A DNA stretch of 15,057 bases from Polyangiaceae bacterium (GTDB lineage Bacteria > Myxococcota_A > Polyangia > Polyangiales > Polyangiaceae). The translations under genes were made by a program, and so were the position numbers. Under the pieces are notes generated by a model that had not been told where the DNA came from, did no database searches, and was given only the letters and a program-made list of their open reading frames with translations. Below, in pieces: positions 13,462 through 15,057 of the stretch. The stretch covers positions 1-15,057 of the forward strand of contig JBGANF010000170.1 of assembly GCA_044222475.1 (NCBI GenBank), written 5' to 3'. Position 1 is the stretch's first letter. Each line of letters begins with the position of its first letter.

Positions 13462-15057
13462 ATGAGCCCGTCGCCGTATCGAGAGGGGAGCGCGCCCAGG
13501 CGAGCGCGGCGAAGCGGAGGTGGCAGCGGGCCCCTCGCCGTCGTCGACGCCAGCGGCACGAATGGACACGACGGCGCCGACGGTGAGCGCGGTCGTGACG
13601 GGCGGAGCCACGGGGCCCGTGGCGAAGACGGTGGGTCGGCCACTGCGCCCACTCCGGGCCGCGCGGGCGGCGTGATCGACGTCACCCTCACCGACGAGGG
13701 TGGGAGCGTCGCGGTCCACGGCTCCGCGAAGCGTGGCAAGCGAGAGGAGGAGGTCAGCGAGCGCGTCGAGATCGGCGACATCGGCGTTCTTCGCTTCGTC
13801 GCATTCGGCGGGAGCGGAGGCCGAGGGGGGACCGGCGGCACCGGAGGCAGCGGCGCGAGGGGCGCCTCCGGAAGCGACGCCACGCGCTACTCGAACGGCG
13901 AGGACGGCGGTCGCGGCGGCGACGGCGGCGACGGCGGCGACGGGACGAGCGGCGCGGACGGCGGGCCCGGCGGCAAGGTCATCGTGCGCGCGAGCCGCGC
14001 CGACACGCACCTCTTCATGCTCGTCGACGTCGCGGTCGGCGGAGGGGCAGGCGGGGCGCCCGGAGCGAACGGCGCAGGGGGAGGCGGCGGCTCCGGCGGT
14101 TCGGGCGGAAGCTCGTACTCGTGGACCGAAGAAGAGAGCTACACCGACTCGAACGGTCAACGGCAGACCCGCTCGACGAGCCACTCGCGGAGCGGCGGAT
14201 CCTCCGGATCGAGCGGTCGCCCCGGCCGGGCGGGCAACGCGCCGCTGCGGCCGGGAAAGGCCGGCCCGCCGGGTGAGCTGTCGTACGGCATCGACGATGG
14301 TACCAAAGTGGTATTCCATTCCTCGCGGTACGATCTCCGGCTCACCGGTCTCGTCCACGCAGACGAGAACGGAGACGGCATCTACGAGCCCGAGGAGCGC
14401 GTCCGCGTGACCGGGATCACCGTGACCAACGTCGGCGGGATGCCCACGCCCGCGACGCGCGAGGTGCGCATCGCGCTCGTCGACGACGGTTGGGTTGCGC
14501 CTGAAGAGCCTACGTCGCTCGTCGTCCCGCCGGGGCTCGCCCCCGGCGCGAGCCACCGGTTCGACGATGCGCTGTCGTTCCGGCTCCGACTCTTCCGGCC
14601 GCAGGAGCCCGGGGAGGCGCTCCTCGCGACCGAGCGCGTGCACTTCGTCGCGTGGGTGCCGGATGTGCGCCGCCGGTTCGAGTCGTTCGAAGCAGACCTC
14701 GATCCCCGTCGGCCGGAGGTCGTCGTCCAGTTCCCTGCGCAGCTGTCGGCGCTCGTCGCGCCGTTCGCTCTCGCGCCCGGCGAGCGCGCACGCGTCGAGT
14801 ACACGGTCGAGAACGTGTCCAAGAGCGCGCTCGGGGGCGCAGCCGCCTCGCCGCGTGCGCTCCTCACGCGGGCTCGCCTCGACGGCACGGCTCAGGCCGT
14901 GCTCGGGTCCGAAGCCGAGACCTCGATCGCCGAGCTCGCTCCCGGCGGGACCTTCCATGGCAACGCCCTCGTCGACGTCCCAGCCGAGAGCGCCGAGTAC
15001 TCGTCGACGGAGGTGACCATCGAGCTCTCGCTCGGTTCGGTCGACGCCCCGACGGCC
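13462..15057 (+). CDS. Large Gly-rich (collagen/PE-PGRS-like repeats) protein with downstream beta-rich domains; partial, runs off the right edge
   Basis: Not in the ORF track because there is no stop in the window. The frame is open for 532 codons from ATG 13462: MSPSPYREGS...VVDASGTNGHDGADGERGRDG...GGSGGRGGTGGTGGSGARG...GGRGGDGGDGGDG...SYSWTEEESYTDSNG...RYDLRLTGLVHADENGDGIYEPEERVRV...NVGGMPTP...VEYTVENVS. Third codon positions are GC-rich, as in the other genes. Confidence 0.8.
   Translation, partial: MSPSPYREGSAPRRARRSGGGSGPLAVVDASGTNGHDGADGERGRDGRSHGARGEDGGSATAPTPGRAGGVIDVTLTDEGGSVAVHGSAKRGKREEEVSERVEIGDIGVLRFVAFGGSGGRGGTGGTGGSGARGASGSDATRYSNGEDGGRGGDGGDGGDGTSGADGGPGGKVIVRASRADTHLFMLVDVAVGGGAGGAPGANGAGGGGGSGGSGGSSYSWTEEESYTDSNGQRQTRSTSHSRSGGSSGSSGRPGRAGNAPLRPGKAGPPGELSYGIDDGTKVVFHSSRYDLRLTGLVHADENGDGIYEPEERVRVTGITVTNVGGMPTPATREVRIALVDDGWVAPEEPTSLVVPPGLAPGASHRFDDALSFRLRLFRPQEPGEALLATERVHFVAWVPDVRRRFESFEADLDPRRPEVVVQFPAQLSALVAPFALAPGERARVEYTVENVSKSALGGAAASPRALLTRARLDGTAQAVLGSEAETSIAELAPGGTFHGNALVDVPAESAEYSSTEVTIELSLGSVDAPTA

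Noticed and set aside
13333..15016. ORF-track calls 13333-14958 (-), 13700-14410 (+) and 14495-15016 (+)
   Set aside because: They are shadows of the unlisted + strand frame starting at 13462, which has coherent protein-like sequence.

Overview
High-GC bacterial DNA. The lipoprotein style (lipobox followed by Asp/Ala/Gly-rich linkers, Cys-rich bodies) suggests Myxococcota/Polyangiales, but this is inference. I count 14 credible CDSs. From left to right: a partial AmpG-like MFS transporter coupled to a ferritin-like di-iron protein (-); a class I glutamine amidotransferase-like protein (+); a TetR, lipoprotein and alpha/beta-hydrolase operon (-); a divergent two-gene Fe-S 'CoA-activase/dehydratase' pair with the domain layout of the anaerobic plasmalogen/ether-lipid synthase PlsA/PlsR (+); a small four-helix-bundle (23S-IVP/Avd-like) gene; a SWIM zinc-finger gene (-); an MpaB/Lcp-like oxygenase (+); a Cys-rich lipoprotein (-); and a Gly-rich large protein that runs off the right edge. 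The first and last CDSs are missing from the ORF track. The most striking non-coding structure is a pair of ~48-50 bp inverted repeats built from GGAATG hexamers, with a 31-bp perfect core. They enclose the four-helix-bundle gene as a ~490 bp cassette with no rRNA, transposase or reverse transcriptase in the window. Also visible are two tandem 16-bp pseudo-palindromic operators upstream of the plsA-like gene and a 23-bp bidirectional, leaderless-type promoter region. All family calls come from motif recognition by eye; no database searches were run.
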